Assembly: GCA_036004525.1 (NCBI GenBank)
Contig: DASYRJ010000040.1
Location: 5,810-69,809, forward strand
Direction of reading: 5' to 3'
DNA from: Gemmatimonadales bacterium
GTDB lineage: Bacteria; Gemmatimonadota; Gemmatimonadetes; Gemmatimonadales; GWC2-71-9
DNA length: 64,000 bases
This document shows, piece by piece, positions 8,652 to 17,535 of this stretch (its first letter is position 1; every line of letters starts with the position of its first letter). The position numbers were made by a program, and so were the translations under genes. The notes beneath the pieces are model-generated. The model had not been told where the DNA came from and did no database searches. It saw only the letters and a program-made list of their open reading frames with translations.

Positions 8652-9841
8652 CCCACTGGATCCTCGTCGCCGGACTCGTGGCCTCGGCCCTCCTGGTCGC
8701 CGCCGAGATCGGCAGTCGCTGGTGGATCCGCCGGCGCAGCCGCTACTACGTATGGCCGCCGGGGATGCGGTACGAGGTGCGGCAGGACCCCGAGGTCTTT
8801 CCCGAGGTGGAGCCGCGCGTGCGCTTCGAGATCAACTCCGACGGCGAGCGGGGCGGCGAGGCGCCCGGTGACAACGAGGGGCTGTATCGAATCCTGGTGG
8901 CCGGGGGGAGCTCCGTCGAGTGCTACGCGCTCGACCAGCCCACCAGTTGGCCCGGAGCGCTGGAGCGTCTCCTCAACCGGCCGGAAGGCCTCGACGTCCT
9001 GCGGGCCCGCCGCGTGCACGTGGGCAACATCGGTCACTCCGGTGTCGGCGCGGCCGATCTCGACTGCATCCTGGAGCGTGTGCTCCCGCAATACCGTCGT
9101 CTCGATGCGATCATCATCATGGTCGGGGCCAGCACCGTGTACCACTGGCTGGAGGATGGCGCCCCGCCGTCGCAACCCCCGTCGGTGGTGCCCGAGCTGT
9201 TGCTGTTCTCCTGCCACCCCGGACGGCCGTTCAGGTGGACGCCGCGGGGGTGCGCGCTGAGGGAGGTGGCCCGGCGGCTGCACCGCGCGCTGCTCCATCC
9301 GGTGGACGTGAAGGAGCACGCTGGGTCCTGGCTCGTGGCGGGGCGCAAGATGCGCGCGCAGGCCAAGGAGCTCCGCACCACGGCCCCCGATCCGACCACC
9401 GTGCTGGACCACTTCGAGCATCACTTCCGGCGGCTCCTGCGCCGTGCCCTGGCGCATGCCGACCGCGTGCTCGTCGTGCGGCAGCCGTGGTTCGAGAAGG
9501 ACTACACGCCCGAGGAGGCCGCGCGCTTCTGGCATGGCGGGGTCGGCAAGCCCTGGAAGGAAGCGGTCACCGTCTATTTCAGCCTGGAGGCCGTGAACCG
9601 GCTCCTGAGGCTCGTCGATGCCCGGGCGGTTCAGGTCGCGGACGCGATCGGCGTCGAGCACATGAACCTGCGCACGCTGTTGAGCCAGGGCCTACACCAC
9701 TACTACGACCACGACCATTTTACCCCCGACGGCGCGGCGGTTGTGGCGCAGGCCGTGGCGGACGCCCTGCTGCAGCGACCCGCGCGATCAGCGGAACCTC
9801 CTCCAGTGTCCCGCGCCTCCGGCTCCCTCGCCGTGTTCTAA
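8648..9841 (+). CDS. Membrane-anchored SGNH/GDSL-like hydrolase (probable polysaccharide esterase/acyltransferase helper)
   Basis: Lies in ORF 8390..9841. The ATG at 8648 forms an ATGA overlap with the flippase stop. It has an N-terminal TM helix, ILVAGGSSVE (block I-like) and DHDHFTPDG (block V DxxH-like). Confidence 0.5.
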   Translation: MTHWILVAGLVASALLVAAEIGSRWWIRRRSRYYVWPPGMRYEVRQDPEVFPEVEPRVRFEINSDGERGGEAPGDNEGLYRILVAGGSSVECYALDQPTSWPGALERLLNRPEGLDVLRARRVHVGNIGHSGVGAADLDCILERVLPQYRRLDAIIIMVGASTVYHWLEDGAPPSQPPSVVPELLLFSCHPGRPFRWTPRGCALREVARRLHRALLHPVDVKEHAGSWLVAGRKMRAQAKELRTTAPDPTTVLDHFEHHFRRLLRRALAHADRVLVVRQPWFEKDYTPEEAARFWHGGVGKPWKEAVTVYFSLEAVNRLLRLVDARAVQVADAIGVEHMNLRTLLSQGLHHYYDHDHFTPDGAAVVAQAVADALLQRPARSAEPPPVSRASGSLAVF

Positions 9842-10848
9842 CGGTCGCAATCCAGATCGGTGATCTCCCAGTCTTTCACCGAGCGCACGCACTCCTCGCC
9901 CAGCGGTGTGAGCGGGAGGGCGACCAGAGGAGCCGTGTCGTTCCTGGGCACGAAGCCACCGCGCCGCAGCGCCCGGCCGAGCGCCGATTCGGCGACGGTC
10001 GTGACCTGAAGCCGCTCGCACCCGCGGCGGCGCAACTCGGCGATCAAGCCCGGGAGGAACGACGCCAGGGCGACGCCCGGAGCCCCGCGCAGGGCATGCA
10101 GCGCCGCCAGGCCGGACGCGTCCGGGCCCCGGACCAGCACGGCCGCTCGCGGACTCCGCGCCGTGCCGTTCCCGTCCCAGGTAAGCCACCAGTCCTGCTC
10201 AGCGGGGTAGTCCTTCAAGCGGCTCAGGTAGAGCGCTCGGTCATGATATGGGGCGAGGCGGGGCGACCGCTCGGGCGGCACGCCGAAGGTGTCCGCCGCG
10301 AACCCCGCGGCAGGGTGCGAAACCACCTTCCCGCGCCGCGGAGCCCCATTGGCGGCTCGCACGAGCCCGTGGAACAGGCGGAGGCCGAGGTCGACGTAGC
10401 GGCGCCGGTCGCGGACGGGCAGCACGTAGCGCCGCAGCGTTCCCACTCTCACAAAGCGCGTCCCGCGCACCAGCGTGCGTGATCCCTCGTTCGGGTCTGC
10501 GTAGAGGAAGTCGATGAGGCCCCGCGCCTGCGAGTCCCGCACCAGCCGATTGACGAGCGCCAGGCCCGGGAAGAACGAGCGATACGCCGGTGCCACGATG
10601 AGATTCGCCAGGAGTCCGGCGACCACCTCGCTGCCCGCGAACCGGTACCGCCGGGGCAAACAGGCGATGTGCATCACGAGTCGCCCGTCGGCGTCGCGGC
10701 CGAGCCAGCTCGTGGCGCCGTTGGCGAACGCGGGCGGGTAGGTGCGATCGAAGAAGTCCGGGAACTCCGGGCGGTCGTGAGCCAGGAACAGGTCTTTGAT
10801 CTCTCGAGCGTATTCGGGCCCGTGCACGGCTTCGATCGTGACCGTCAC
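9838..10848 (-). CDS. GNAT-like acyltransferase, long form (about 336 aa)
   Basis: Lies in ORF 9838..11070. The GTG at 10848 overlaps the upstream stop (GTGA). GRLVMHIACLPRRYRFAGSEVVAGLLANLIVAPAYR resembles a GNAT core. Confidence 0.45.
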   Translation of the reverse strand: MTVTIEAVHGPEYAREIKDLFLAHDRPEFPDFFDRTYPPAFANGATSWLGRDADGRLVMHIACLPRRYRFAGSEVVAGLLANLIVAPAYRSFFPGLALVNRLVRDSQARGLIDFLYADPNEGSRTLVRGTRFVRVGTLRRYVLPVRDRRRYVDLGLRLFHGLVRAANGAPRRGKVVSHPAAGFAADTFGVPPERSPRLAPYHDRALYLSRLKDYPAEQDWWLTWDGNGTARSPRAAVLVRGPDASGLAALHALRGAPGVALASFLPGLIAELRRRGCERLQVTTVAESALGRALRRGGFVPRNDTAPLVALPLTPLGEECVRSVKDWEITDLDCDR

Positions 10849-11363
10849 GGCTCCTGCCTCATCGCCGGAGGCTGCTCGTCGGCCAGGAGGTCGAACAACA
10901 GGCGATCGTACGGTCGCCCGTCGATGTAGTGGCAGCGGCGCTGCCGCCCGAGGTAGGTAAAGCCCAGGCTCTCGAGGACGCGCCGGGCGGCGACGTTGAT
11001 CTCGACTGTCCAGGCGTTGATTGCGGACAGGCCCAGCTCCGTGAAGCCGAGCGTGACCAGTCTCGCGCACGCCTCCCGGGTGCAGCCGCCGTAGCGCTTG
11101 TTGCCGAGGACGGCCCAGAGCGTCGCCGTCTTGAACTTGCGATCGACGTTGCTCAGCCCGACCACGCCCGCGGGCTCATCCTCGGGCCCCGCCGTATAAA
11201 TGTGGAGCACGTGGAGACCGCGCTGCGTCATGATCCGCAGCATCGCCGGGGCGAGCGCCTGGACGCCGTTGCCGAAGTCGAGCCATTTGTAGTTCTCTTC
11301 CTTGCCGAGCCACCGTCCCACCAGCTCGAGACGCTCCGTCGTGTCGAGGGGCAGCAGCTTCAT
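10845..11363 (-). CDS. GNAT family N-acetyltransferase (RimJ/RimL-like)
   Basis: 172 aa. VVGLSNVDRKFKTATLWAVLG...ARRVLESLGFTYLGRQR is typical of RimJ/L-type GNATs. Confidence 0.7.
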   Translation of the reverse strand: MKLLPLDTTERLELVGRWLGKEENYKWLDFGNGVQALAPAMLRIMTQRGLHVLHIYTAGPEDEPAGVVGLSNVDRKFKTATLWAVLGNKRYGGCTREACARLVTLGFTELGLSAINAWTVEINVAARRVLESLGFTYLGRQRRCHYIDGRPYDRLLFDLLADEQPPAMRQEP

Positions 11364-11608
11364 CTCGGCTGTTTGGTGGCGAGAAAGTCCGCGATCCGCG
11401 ACAGGTTGCGAAAATCGTCGATCTCGAGCTCCTCGACCGAGACGCGAATCCCGAAGGCCTCCTCGAGCGCGGCGAGGAGCTGCACGAATCGCAGCGAATC
11501 GAGGATGCCCGTTTCGAACAGGTCCGTGTCCGCCGCCGGCACCTCCGTGTTGAGCCGGTCGATGAACAGCTGCGCGATCCGCCTCGTGAGCACCTTCCCG
11601 TTCTGCAC
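11360..11608 (-). CDS. Acyl/peptidyl carrier protein
   Basis: 82 aa with the phosphopantetheine attachment motif GILDSL. Confidence 0.75.
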   Translation of the reverse strand: MQNGKVLTRRIAQLFIDRLNTEVPAADTDLFETGILDSLRFVQLLAALEEAFGIRVSVEELEIDDFRNLSRIADFLATKQPR

Positions 11609-11609
11609 C

Positions 11610-13235
11610 TCAGGCCTCCCGCTGTTCCGAAGCGAGCGAGCCGGCCGGCTGTTCGCGATCCCACTCGTCCCTGATGCGCGCGCGATCGATCTTCCCGTTC
11701 GCGTTCCGCGCGAGGCGGCCGTACGCCCTCCACTCCGTCGGGAGCATGTACGCGGGGAGCAGCCGGCCCAGCGCGTTACGCAGGGTCATGGGAGTGACGG
11801 CGGCGCCGGGGCGGGGGACGTACGCGCAGCAGATCGTCGTGCCCTCGAACCCCGCGGCCCGGCGTGCCACGACGGCACTCTCCTCGAGCTCCGGCAGGGT
11901 CTGCAGGGCCGCCTCGATCTCACCCAGCTCGATGCGGTACCCGCGCGCCTTGATCTGCGAATCGGCGCGGCCGAGGAAGTAGACCAGGCCGTCCTCGCCC
12001 AGCCGCGCGAGGTCACCGGTGCGATAGAGGCGGTCGTCGGGACCGGCCGGACCCGGAAGGAACACGGCCCGCGTCTTCTCCGGGTCGCGCCAATACCCGG
12101 GGCTCACGCCCACACCCCGGATGTACAGGTCGCCGACCGCGCCGGGCGCGACGGGACGCTGAGCGTCGTCGAGCACCAGGAGCTCCTCGCCCGCACAGGG
12201 CCGGCCAATGGGCACGGGCTCCGCGTCGTCCGCCGGACAGCGGGGCACGGTGTAGTAGCTGCTCGCGATCGTGGCCTCCGTGGGCCCGTACAGATTCGTG
12301 AACGCGACGTGCGGCAGGCGGGTCATCCAGTAGCGCAGCGCCCGGGTCGGGAACACCTCGCCGCACCACAGCAACCGCTTGAGGGTGGGGAAGTCTCCCG
12401 GCCGGACCACATCGAGCTGCGCCATCAGCGCCAACACCGACGGGACGGAGAACCACTGCGTCAGGTGTGCCTCGCGGATGAAGTGGGCGAGGCGGTGGGG
12501 CACGACGTTCAGCTCCGGCGGCACGAGGTGGAGCTGGGCGCCCGCCGCGAACGTCCCGAACAAGTCGAAGGTGGAGAGGTCGAAGTGGAACGGGGAATGT
12601 CCCGACATGCGGTCGCTCGCCGTGAGACCGAAGTACCCCTTCGCCCATTGGACGAAGTGGATCACGCTGGAATGGATGATCGCGACGCCCTTCGGCGTAC
12701 CCGTGGATCCCGACGTGTACAGGATATGAGCGCGATCGGTGGGCGTGTTGGCGTATGCGAGCGGCGCGGCGGGCCTCCGGCGGACGTCGTCGAGCGTGAA
12801 CGTCGGTTGGCACGGCGCGCCGGCACCGCCGTCCGCCTCGAGCCAGCCGATCCGCACCGAGTTGCGCAGGCGACCGTCTTCGAGCAGCAGGCGCAGCGTC
12901 GTGGCCCCGCGCGCTCCGGTGAGAATCAGGCGCGGCTGGGCCGACTCGACGATCTTGGCGATGCGCGGGGCGGGGCTCAACGTGTCGAGCGGCACGTAGC
13001 AGGCGTCCGCCTTGAGGGCGCCCAGGAGGCTCACGACCGTCATCGGGGACTTGGGAAGCAAGAGGGCGACGCGGTCGCCGCGCTCGCAGCCGGCCTCCCG
13101 CAGCGCGTGCGCGAGCATGTTGCTGTACGTGTCGAGCTGGCCATAGGTGTACCGCTCGCCACCCAGCACGACGGCCGTGGTGTCGGGCCGGCGCTCCGCC
13201 TCCCGGGTCACCCATTCCTGGAGCAGACGGATCAC
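11610..13235 (-). CDS. Adenylate-forming enzyme (amino-acid adenylation / DltA-like AMP-binding protein)
   Basis: 541 aa with YTSGSTGTPKG (AMP-binding core A3), YRTGDL and GKIDR motifs. Confidence 0.85.
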   Translation of the reverse strand: MIRLLQEWVTREAERRPDTTAVVLGGERYTYGQLDTYSNMLAHALREAGCERGDRVALLLPKSPMTVVSLLGALKADACYVPLDTLSPAPRIAKIVESAQPRLILTGARGATTLRLLLEDGRLRNSVRIGWLEADGGAGAPCQPTFTLDDVRRRPAAPLAYANTPTDRAHILYTSGSTGTPKGVAIIHSSVIHFVQWAKGYFGLTASDRMSGHSPFHFDLSTFDLFGTFAAGAQLHLVPPELNVVPHRLAHFIREAHLTQWFSVPSVLALMAQLDVVRPGDFPTLKRLLWCGEVFPTRALRYWMTRLPHVAFTNLYGPTEATIASSYYTVPRCPADDAEPVPIGRPCAGEELLVLDDAQRPVAPGAVGDLYIRGVGVSPGYWRDPEKTRAVFLPGPAGPDDRLYRTGDLARLGEDGLVYFLGRADSQIKARGYRIELGEIEAALQTLPELEESAVVARRAAGFEGTTICCAYVPRPGAAVTPMTLRNALGRLLPAYMLPTEWRAYGRLARNANGKIDRARIRDEWDREQPAGSLASEQREA

Positions 13236-14251
13236 GGCGTCGCCCGCTCGAGGGCCAACTGGAACGCGGCGCGCGTGTGCCGTAGCTCATCCTCCGCCGG
13301 CGGAATGTCCAGAATGACGGAGCGGTAGCCGAGGGCGAGGTAGCGGGCGAGCTCCTCCCCGACCCGCTGGTAGCTGCCGACAAGGTACGGGCACATGGTC
13401 TTGTAGTTCTCGAAGGGGACGAGCCAGTAGGGGTGCTCCGCCGAGGGGGCGGTGCGGGCCAGGCCGGCGAGCTGGCGGTGCCACACGGAGTCCGAGACTT
13501 TCATGGCGAGTTGATGCGTCAACTGGCCGCGCCGGTCCTCCGGGAAGCGGGCGCGCGCGATCGCCCAAGCTTCGTCCCCGTCCTCCCGCGTGATCACGCC
13601 GACGCGCACCCCCGCGCCGACGCCCTCGTCGGGCTCGGCCTCCTCGTGCGGGGCGCGCGGGTACTTCACGGCCGTGGCGCCGATCGCTTGGGCCGCGCCC
13701 CGCCCGGCCTCCGACGAACCCGACACGAAGATGCCGGGGAACAGCTCGCGCGGCACCGCGGGCGTGAGCTGCAGGCCCTTCACGGCGTAAAACGCGCCAT
13801 CGAACGTGACGGGCCCTGCTCCCTCGAGCAGTCGCCGCACGATGAGCGCGTACTCGATGAGGCGGTCATAGCGCCGGTCGTGGGGCGTGGAGTCACTCAG
13901 CGCCGTCAAGTCGTTCTTGAACCCGCCCGCCACCAGGTTCAGGTAGACGCGCCGCCGGTGAAGCTGCGCGAACGTGGCCACCATCTTCGCGACGGCGTAG
14001 GGGTGCGTGTAGACCGGCTGCACCGCGACCAAGGGGCAGAGCGCCTCCGTGTGCTGCACAATCAGGTGCGAGACCAGCCACGGGTCCAGCTGGCGGTTGT
14101 CGCTGTAGACCAGAATGCCGCTGCACCCGTGGCGTTCGCTCCAGCGCGCAACATCGATCACCCGCTGGGCGTACGACGGCCCGGCGAAGTCGGCGACCTG
14201 CGGACAGGTGGAAAAGACCTCGAGTGCGAGGTCGGCGTGGTTATTGTGCAT
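13232..14251 (-). CDS. LLM-class (luciferase-like) flavin-dependent oxidoreductase
   Basis: Lies in ORF 13232..14332, with an ATG at 14251 (MHNNHADLALEVF). The TIM-barrel LLM-like blocks LNLVAGG and FVSGSS are present. Confidence 0.6.
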   Translation of the reverse strand: MHNNHADLALEVFSTCPQVADFAGPSYAQRVIDVARWSERHGCSGILVYSDNRQLDPWLVSHLIVQHTEALCPLVAVQPVYTHPYAVAKMVATFAQLHRRRVYLNLVAGGFKNDLTALSDSTPHDRRYDRLIEYALIVRRLLEGAGPVTFDGAFYAVKGLQLTPAVPRELFPGIFVSGSSEAGRGAAQAIGATAVKYPRAPHEEAEPDEGVGAGVRVGVITREDGDEAWAIARARFPEDRRGQLTHQLAMKVSDSVWHRQLAGLARTAPSAEHPYWLVPFENYKTMCPYLVGSYQRVGEELARYLALGYRSVILDIPPAEDELRHTRAAFQLALERATP

Positions 14252-14437
14252 GGGCGATCGTCTCCCCACCGGGCCGGCGTACGGCGACGTGATGCGAACC
14301 CGCTCGGCAGCCCACACTCCACCGCAAATCACATTCCGCGGTCACGGAGGTGTTGCGCCCGTGCATCGGCTGACGCTCGCACCCAGCGGCACGCAGGCGA
14401 TTTCCCTGAGGCACTCAACCTGCAGTGGGGGAGCGGC

Positions 14438-14926
14438 ATGATCGCCGGGATCGGACTCGACATCGTCGAAACGGAGCGGTTCGCGCACGCCCTCGGCTCC
14501 CTGGAGGGGCTGAGAAAGGGGGGGGGAGGGCACTTCGCGGAACGGGTTTTCACCCCCCGCGAACTGGAGGCCTGCGCGACCCGGGCGGACCGCATCCAGG
14601 CGCTCGCCGCGCGGTTTGCCGCCAAGGAAGCGTGCCTCAAGGCCCTGGGCTCGGGACTCCTCGGGAGCGCACTCCACGACGTGGAGATCCTGTCCAGCCG
14701 GTCGGGTGCGCCGCAACTCCGGCTCACGGGTGCGCTCGCCGAGCGCGCGCGGGCGCGTGGCGTTCGGAGTGCGCACGTCAGCCTGACTCACCAGCCGGGC
14801 CTCGCCGCCGCCGTGGTCATTCTGGAGGGGACGCGGATGCGCGCCGCGTCCCGGCCTCCGCGCCGCCGCGGCGGTCGGGGGGCTGCGAGGTGGACACTGG
14901 AAACGGTGTCGAGCGGCACATGGTGA
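14438..14926 (+). CDS. acpS: Holo-[acyl-carrier-protein] synthase (4'-phosphopantetheinyl transferase) with an Arg-rich C-terminal tail
   Basis: Has the canonical AcpS N-terminus MIAGIGLDIVE, plus FAAKEACLKALG and SLTHQPGLAAAVVILE. The tail overlaps the next gene's start. Confidence 0.8.
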   Translation: MIAGIGLDIVETERFAHALGSLEGLRKGGGGHFAERVFTPRELEACATRADRIQALAARFAAKEACLKALGSGLLGSALHDVEILSSRSGAPQLRLTGALAERARARGVRSAHVSLTHQPGLAAAVVILEGTRMRAASRPPRRRGGRGAARWTLETVSSGTW

Positions 14927-16041
14927 TCGTCCACGTGGTCGCGCCCGCCGGGTTCGGCGGCCTCGAGCGCGTGGTGCAGATGCTGGGCCGGGGGCTGCGC
15001 GGCGTGGGCCACGAGGTGCACGTGATGGCCGTCGAGGTGGGCCCGGCACCCGTCGGCTCGTTCCTGGCGCCCCTCGCGGACGCCGGCGTGCACACACACA
15101 CACTCGTCGTGCGGGGCCGGGCGTATCTGCGGGAACGCGCCGCCATCGGCGAGCTGTGCCGTCGCGTGTGTCCCGACGTCGTCCACACGCACGGCTACCG
15201 GCCGGATGTGCTCGACGCGGGCGTCGCCCGGCGCTTGGGGATTCCCGTCGTCACGACGGTGCACGGGTTCACCGGCGGTGGGTGGAAGAACCGGCTGTAC
15301 GAGCGGCTGCAGCGCCGGGCCTTCCGGCGGTTCGATGCCGTGGTGGCCGTGTCGCGGCCGCTCGTGGAGCATCTGGCAGGCGCCGGCGTGCGTCGATCGC
15401 GCATCCACGAGGTGCCCAACGCGTGGCGGCAGATGGCCCCGCCGCAGAGCCGCGAAGCCGCCCGGCGCACCCTCGGCATTCCGGCGGATGACTTCACCAT
15501 CGGTTGGGTGGGCCGGCTGAGTTACGAGAAAGGGCCGGACGTGCTGCTCGAGGCGCTCCGCCGCGTCGGGGACTTACCCTGCGCCGTTTCCGTCCTGGGG
15601 GACGGCAACATGCGCGTCCCGCTGGAGGCGAGGGCGAATGGCCTTGGGCTGGACGGGCGGGTGCGGTGGCACGGTGCGGTCCCCGACGCCGGTCGCCTGT
15701 TTGCCGCCTTCGATGTATGCGTGCTGAGCTCGCGCACCGAAGGCACGCCGATGGTGCTGTTCGAGGCGATGGCTGCCGGAGTTCCCATCATCGCGGCTCG
15801 CGTGGGCGGCGTACCCGACGTCGTGTCGCCCGCGGAGGCTGCACTCGTCGCGCCCGAGGATCCGGGTGCCCTGGCCGCGGCGATTCGCGGCGTGCACCAG
15901 GACCCCGCGGCGGCGCAGCGCCGGGCTCAGGCTGCGCGCGCTCATCTGGATCGTGCCTTCGGCGTCGCCCCGTGGCTCGACCGCTACGAGGCGATCTACC
16001 GGCTCGTCAGCCACGGCGTCCAGGCGCCGGCCCCGGTCTGA
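14920..16041 (+). CDS. GT4-family glycosyltransferase
   Basis: Lies in ORF 14425..16041, with an ATG at 14920 (MVIVHVVAPAGFGGLERVV). The C-terminal EGTPMVLFEAMAAGVPIIA block (E-x7-E region) is present. Confidence 0.85.
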   Translation: MVIVHVVAPAGFGGLERVVQMLGRGLRGVGHEVHVMAVEVGPAPVGSFLAPLADAGVHTHTLVVRGRAYLRERAAIGELCRRVCPDVVHTHGYRPDVLDAGVARRLGIPVVTTVHGFTGGGWKNRLYERLQRRAFRRFDAVVAVSRPLVEHLAGAGVRRSRIHEVPNAWRQMAPPQSREAARRTLGIPADDFTIGWVGRLSYEKGPDVLLEALRRVGDLPCAVSVLGDGNMRVPLEARANGLGLDGRVRWHGAVPDAGRLFAAFDVCVLSSRTEGTPMVLFEAMAAGVPIIAARVGGVPDVVSPAEAALVAPEDPGALAAAIRGVHQDPAAAQRRAQAARAHLDRAFGVAPWLDRYEAIYRLVSHGVQAPAPV

Positions 16042-17234
16042 TGCTCCTGCCCCGGCTGCTGTTCGCCCTGGCGATCGTCCTCTGCCTCTATGCCTATGTC
16101 GGGTATCCCGCGATTCTGAAACTGCTGACCGTGCTCCGCCCCGCCCCCGGGCCGCGCGCCAAGCCGCTCCGGTGGGCTTCGCCCCTCCCCCGGATCAGCA
16201 TCGCGCTCCCCGTCTACAACGAGGCGGACGTGATTGCGGTCACGCTCGAACGGATTCTCGCCGTCGACTATCCCGCCGATCGGCGCCAGATCCTGGTGGT
16301 GTCGGACGCGTCCACCGACCGGACCGATGAGATCGTCTCCCGCTTTGCGGACCGCGGCGTCGAGCTGCTGCGGTTGGCGCGGCGCCAGGGCAAGACCGCC
16401 GCCGAGAACGCGGCTCGCCGGTACCTCACCGGCGAGATCGTCATCAACACCGACGCCTCGGTGCGCATCCACCCCGCAGCCGTCAAACACCTCATCGCCG
16501 CGTTTGACGACCCCTCGGTCGGTGTGGCCTCGGCGCGAGACGTGAGCGTGACGAACCTCGAGCAGCGTGCCAACAGCGGAGAGGGTACGTACGTCGGGTA
16601 CGAGATGTGGATACGCGACATGGAGACGGCCGTGGGCGGGATCGTCGGTGCCTCCGGCTGCCTGTACGCGATCCGCGCGGAACTGCACCTGCATCCGGTT
16701 CCCGAGGGGCTCAGCCGCGACTTCGCGGCAGCGCTCACGGCGCGCGAGCACGGGTGGCGAGCGGTGTCGGTCCCCGAGGCGCTCTGTTACGTGCCCCGCG
16801 GCACGTCGTTGCACCAGGAGTACCGGCGGAAGGTGCGGACCATCACCCGCGGCCTCGCCACGCTGGCGCACAAGCGCGCGCTCCTGAACCCGCTGCGCTA
16901 CGGTGCGTTTGCGTGGATGCTCGTGAGCCACAAGGTCTGCCGCTGGCTCGTCCCGTGGGCGTTGGTGGCGTTGCTGGCCGCCCTCACCGCCCTGGCCGTC
17001 ACGTCCGGGTGGGCCCGGGCGCTGCTCGCGGGCGTGGGGGCGGTGGGCGCGGTGGCCGCGATCGCCTGGGTGTGGCCGGAGCGTCGGCCCCTGCCGCGGT
17101 TGCTGGCGCTGCCGGCGTACGTCGCGGCTGGGAACGTCGCCGTGCTGCAAGCGTGGCTGCGGGTCTTTGCGGGCCGACCCGCGCCCGTGTGGGAGCCGAC
17201 GCGGCGCGGCACTCCCCCCCTGCCCTCGAGCTAA
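16041..17234 (+). CDS. GT2-family glycosyltransferase (membrane-associated)
   Basis: Lies in ORF 15504..17234, with an ATG at 16041 overlapping the upstream TGA. ISIALPVYNEADVI, VVSDASTDRT and NTDAS (DxD-type) are present, plus C-terminal TM helices. Confidence 0.85.
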   Translation: MLLPRLLFALAIVLCLYAYVGYPAILKLLTVLRPAPGPRAKPLRWASPLPRISIALPVYNEADVIAVTLERILAVDYPADRRQILVVSDASTDRTDEIVSRFADRGVELLRLARRQGKTAAENAARRYLTGEIVINTDASVRIHPAAVKHLIAAFDDPSVGVASARDVSVTNLEQRANSGEGTYVGYEMWIRDMETAVGGIVGASGCLYAIRAELHLHPVPEGLSRDFAAALTAREHGWRAVSVPEALCYVPRGTSLHQEYRRKVRTITRGLATLAHKRALLNPLRYGAFAWMLVSHKVCRWLVPWALVALLAALTALAVTSGWARALLAGVGAVGAVAAIAWVWPERRPLPRLLALPAYVAAGNVAVLQAWLRVFAGRPAPVWEPTRRGTPPLPSS

Positions 17235-17506
17235 TCCCCGCTGCCCCGCCCGTTGCCGCGCTTGCCGGCGACGTACCGCGCGATGTCCGCCAGCGTCCCC
17301 AGGTTCTGCTCCGTGATCTCCTCGTCCGCGACGACCACGCCGAATTCGCTCTTGAGGAAGCCGATCAGCTCCATCACGCCCATCGAGTCGATGACGCCCC
17401 GTTGCAGCAGACGGTCGGCGTCTCCGAGCGCAAACCCGGGCCGCATGTAGAGAAACGTGTCGCGCACGTAGGCGCGGGTGCGCGCCAGGATCGCCGGTTC
17501 GTCCAT
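17231..17506 (-). CDS. Acyl carrier protein (second copy)
   Basis: The last 91 codons of ORF 17231..18529, from the ATG at 17506 (MDEPAILART...). The attachment motif is GVIDSMGVMELI. Confidence 0.7.
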   Translation of the reverse strand: MDEPAILARTRAYVRDTFLYMRPGFALGDADRLLQRGVIDSMGVMELIGFLKSEFGVVVADEEITEQNLGTLADIARYVAGKRGNGRGSGD

Positions 17507-17535
17507 GCGAGGCTCGACCTCCGATGAGGGCACGG

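Noticed and set aside
10929-13383. ORFs 10929..13328 (+, 799 aa) and 12013..13383 (-, 456 aa)
   Set aside because: They are antisense or out of frame to the GNAT, ACP and adenylase genes and show no recognisable domains.
14409-14424. AGGCAC-tcaac-CTGCA upstream of acpS
   Set aside because: The spacing is correct, but the -12 element ends only 14 nt before the fixed AcpS start (MIAGIGLDIVE). The predicted TSS would then fall downstream of the Shine-Dalgarno, making it implausible as the main promoter.
14425-16040. N-terminal extensions of the GT4 (from 14425) and GT2 (from 15504) ORFs, and similar extensions at 8390, 21973, 34006, 35106 and 38982
   Set aside because: The extensions overlap upstream genes and are Arg/Pro-rich. 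Internal starts give canonical N-termini or signal peptides with Shine-Dalgarno sites or start/stop overlaps.
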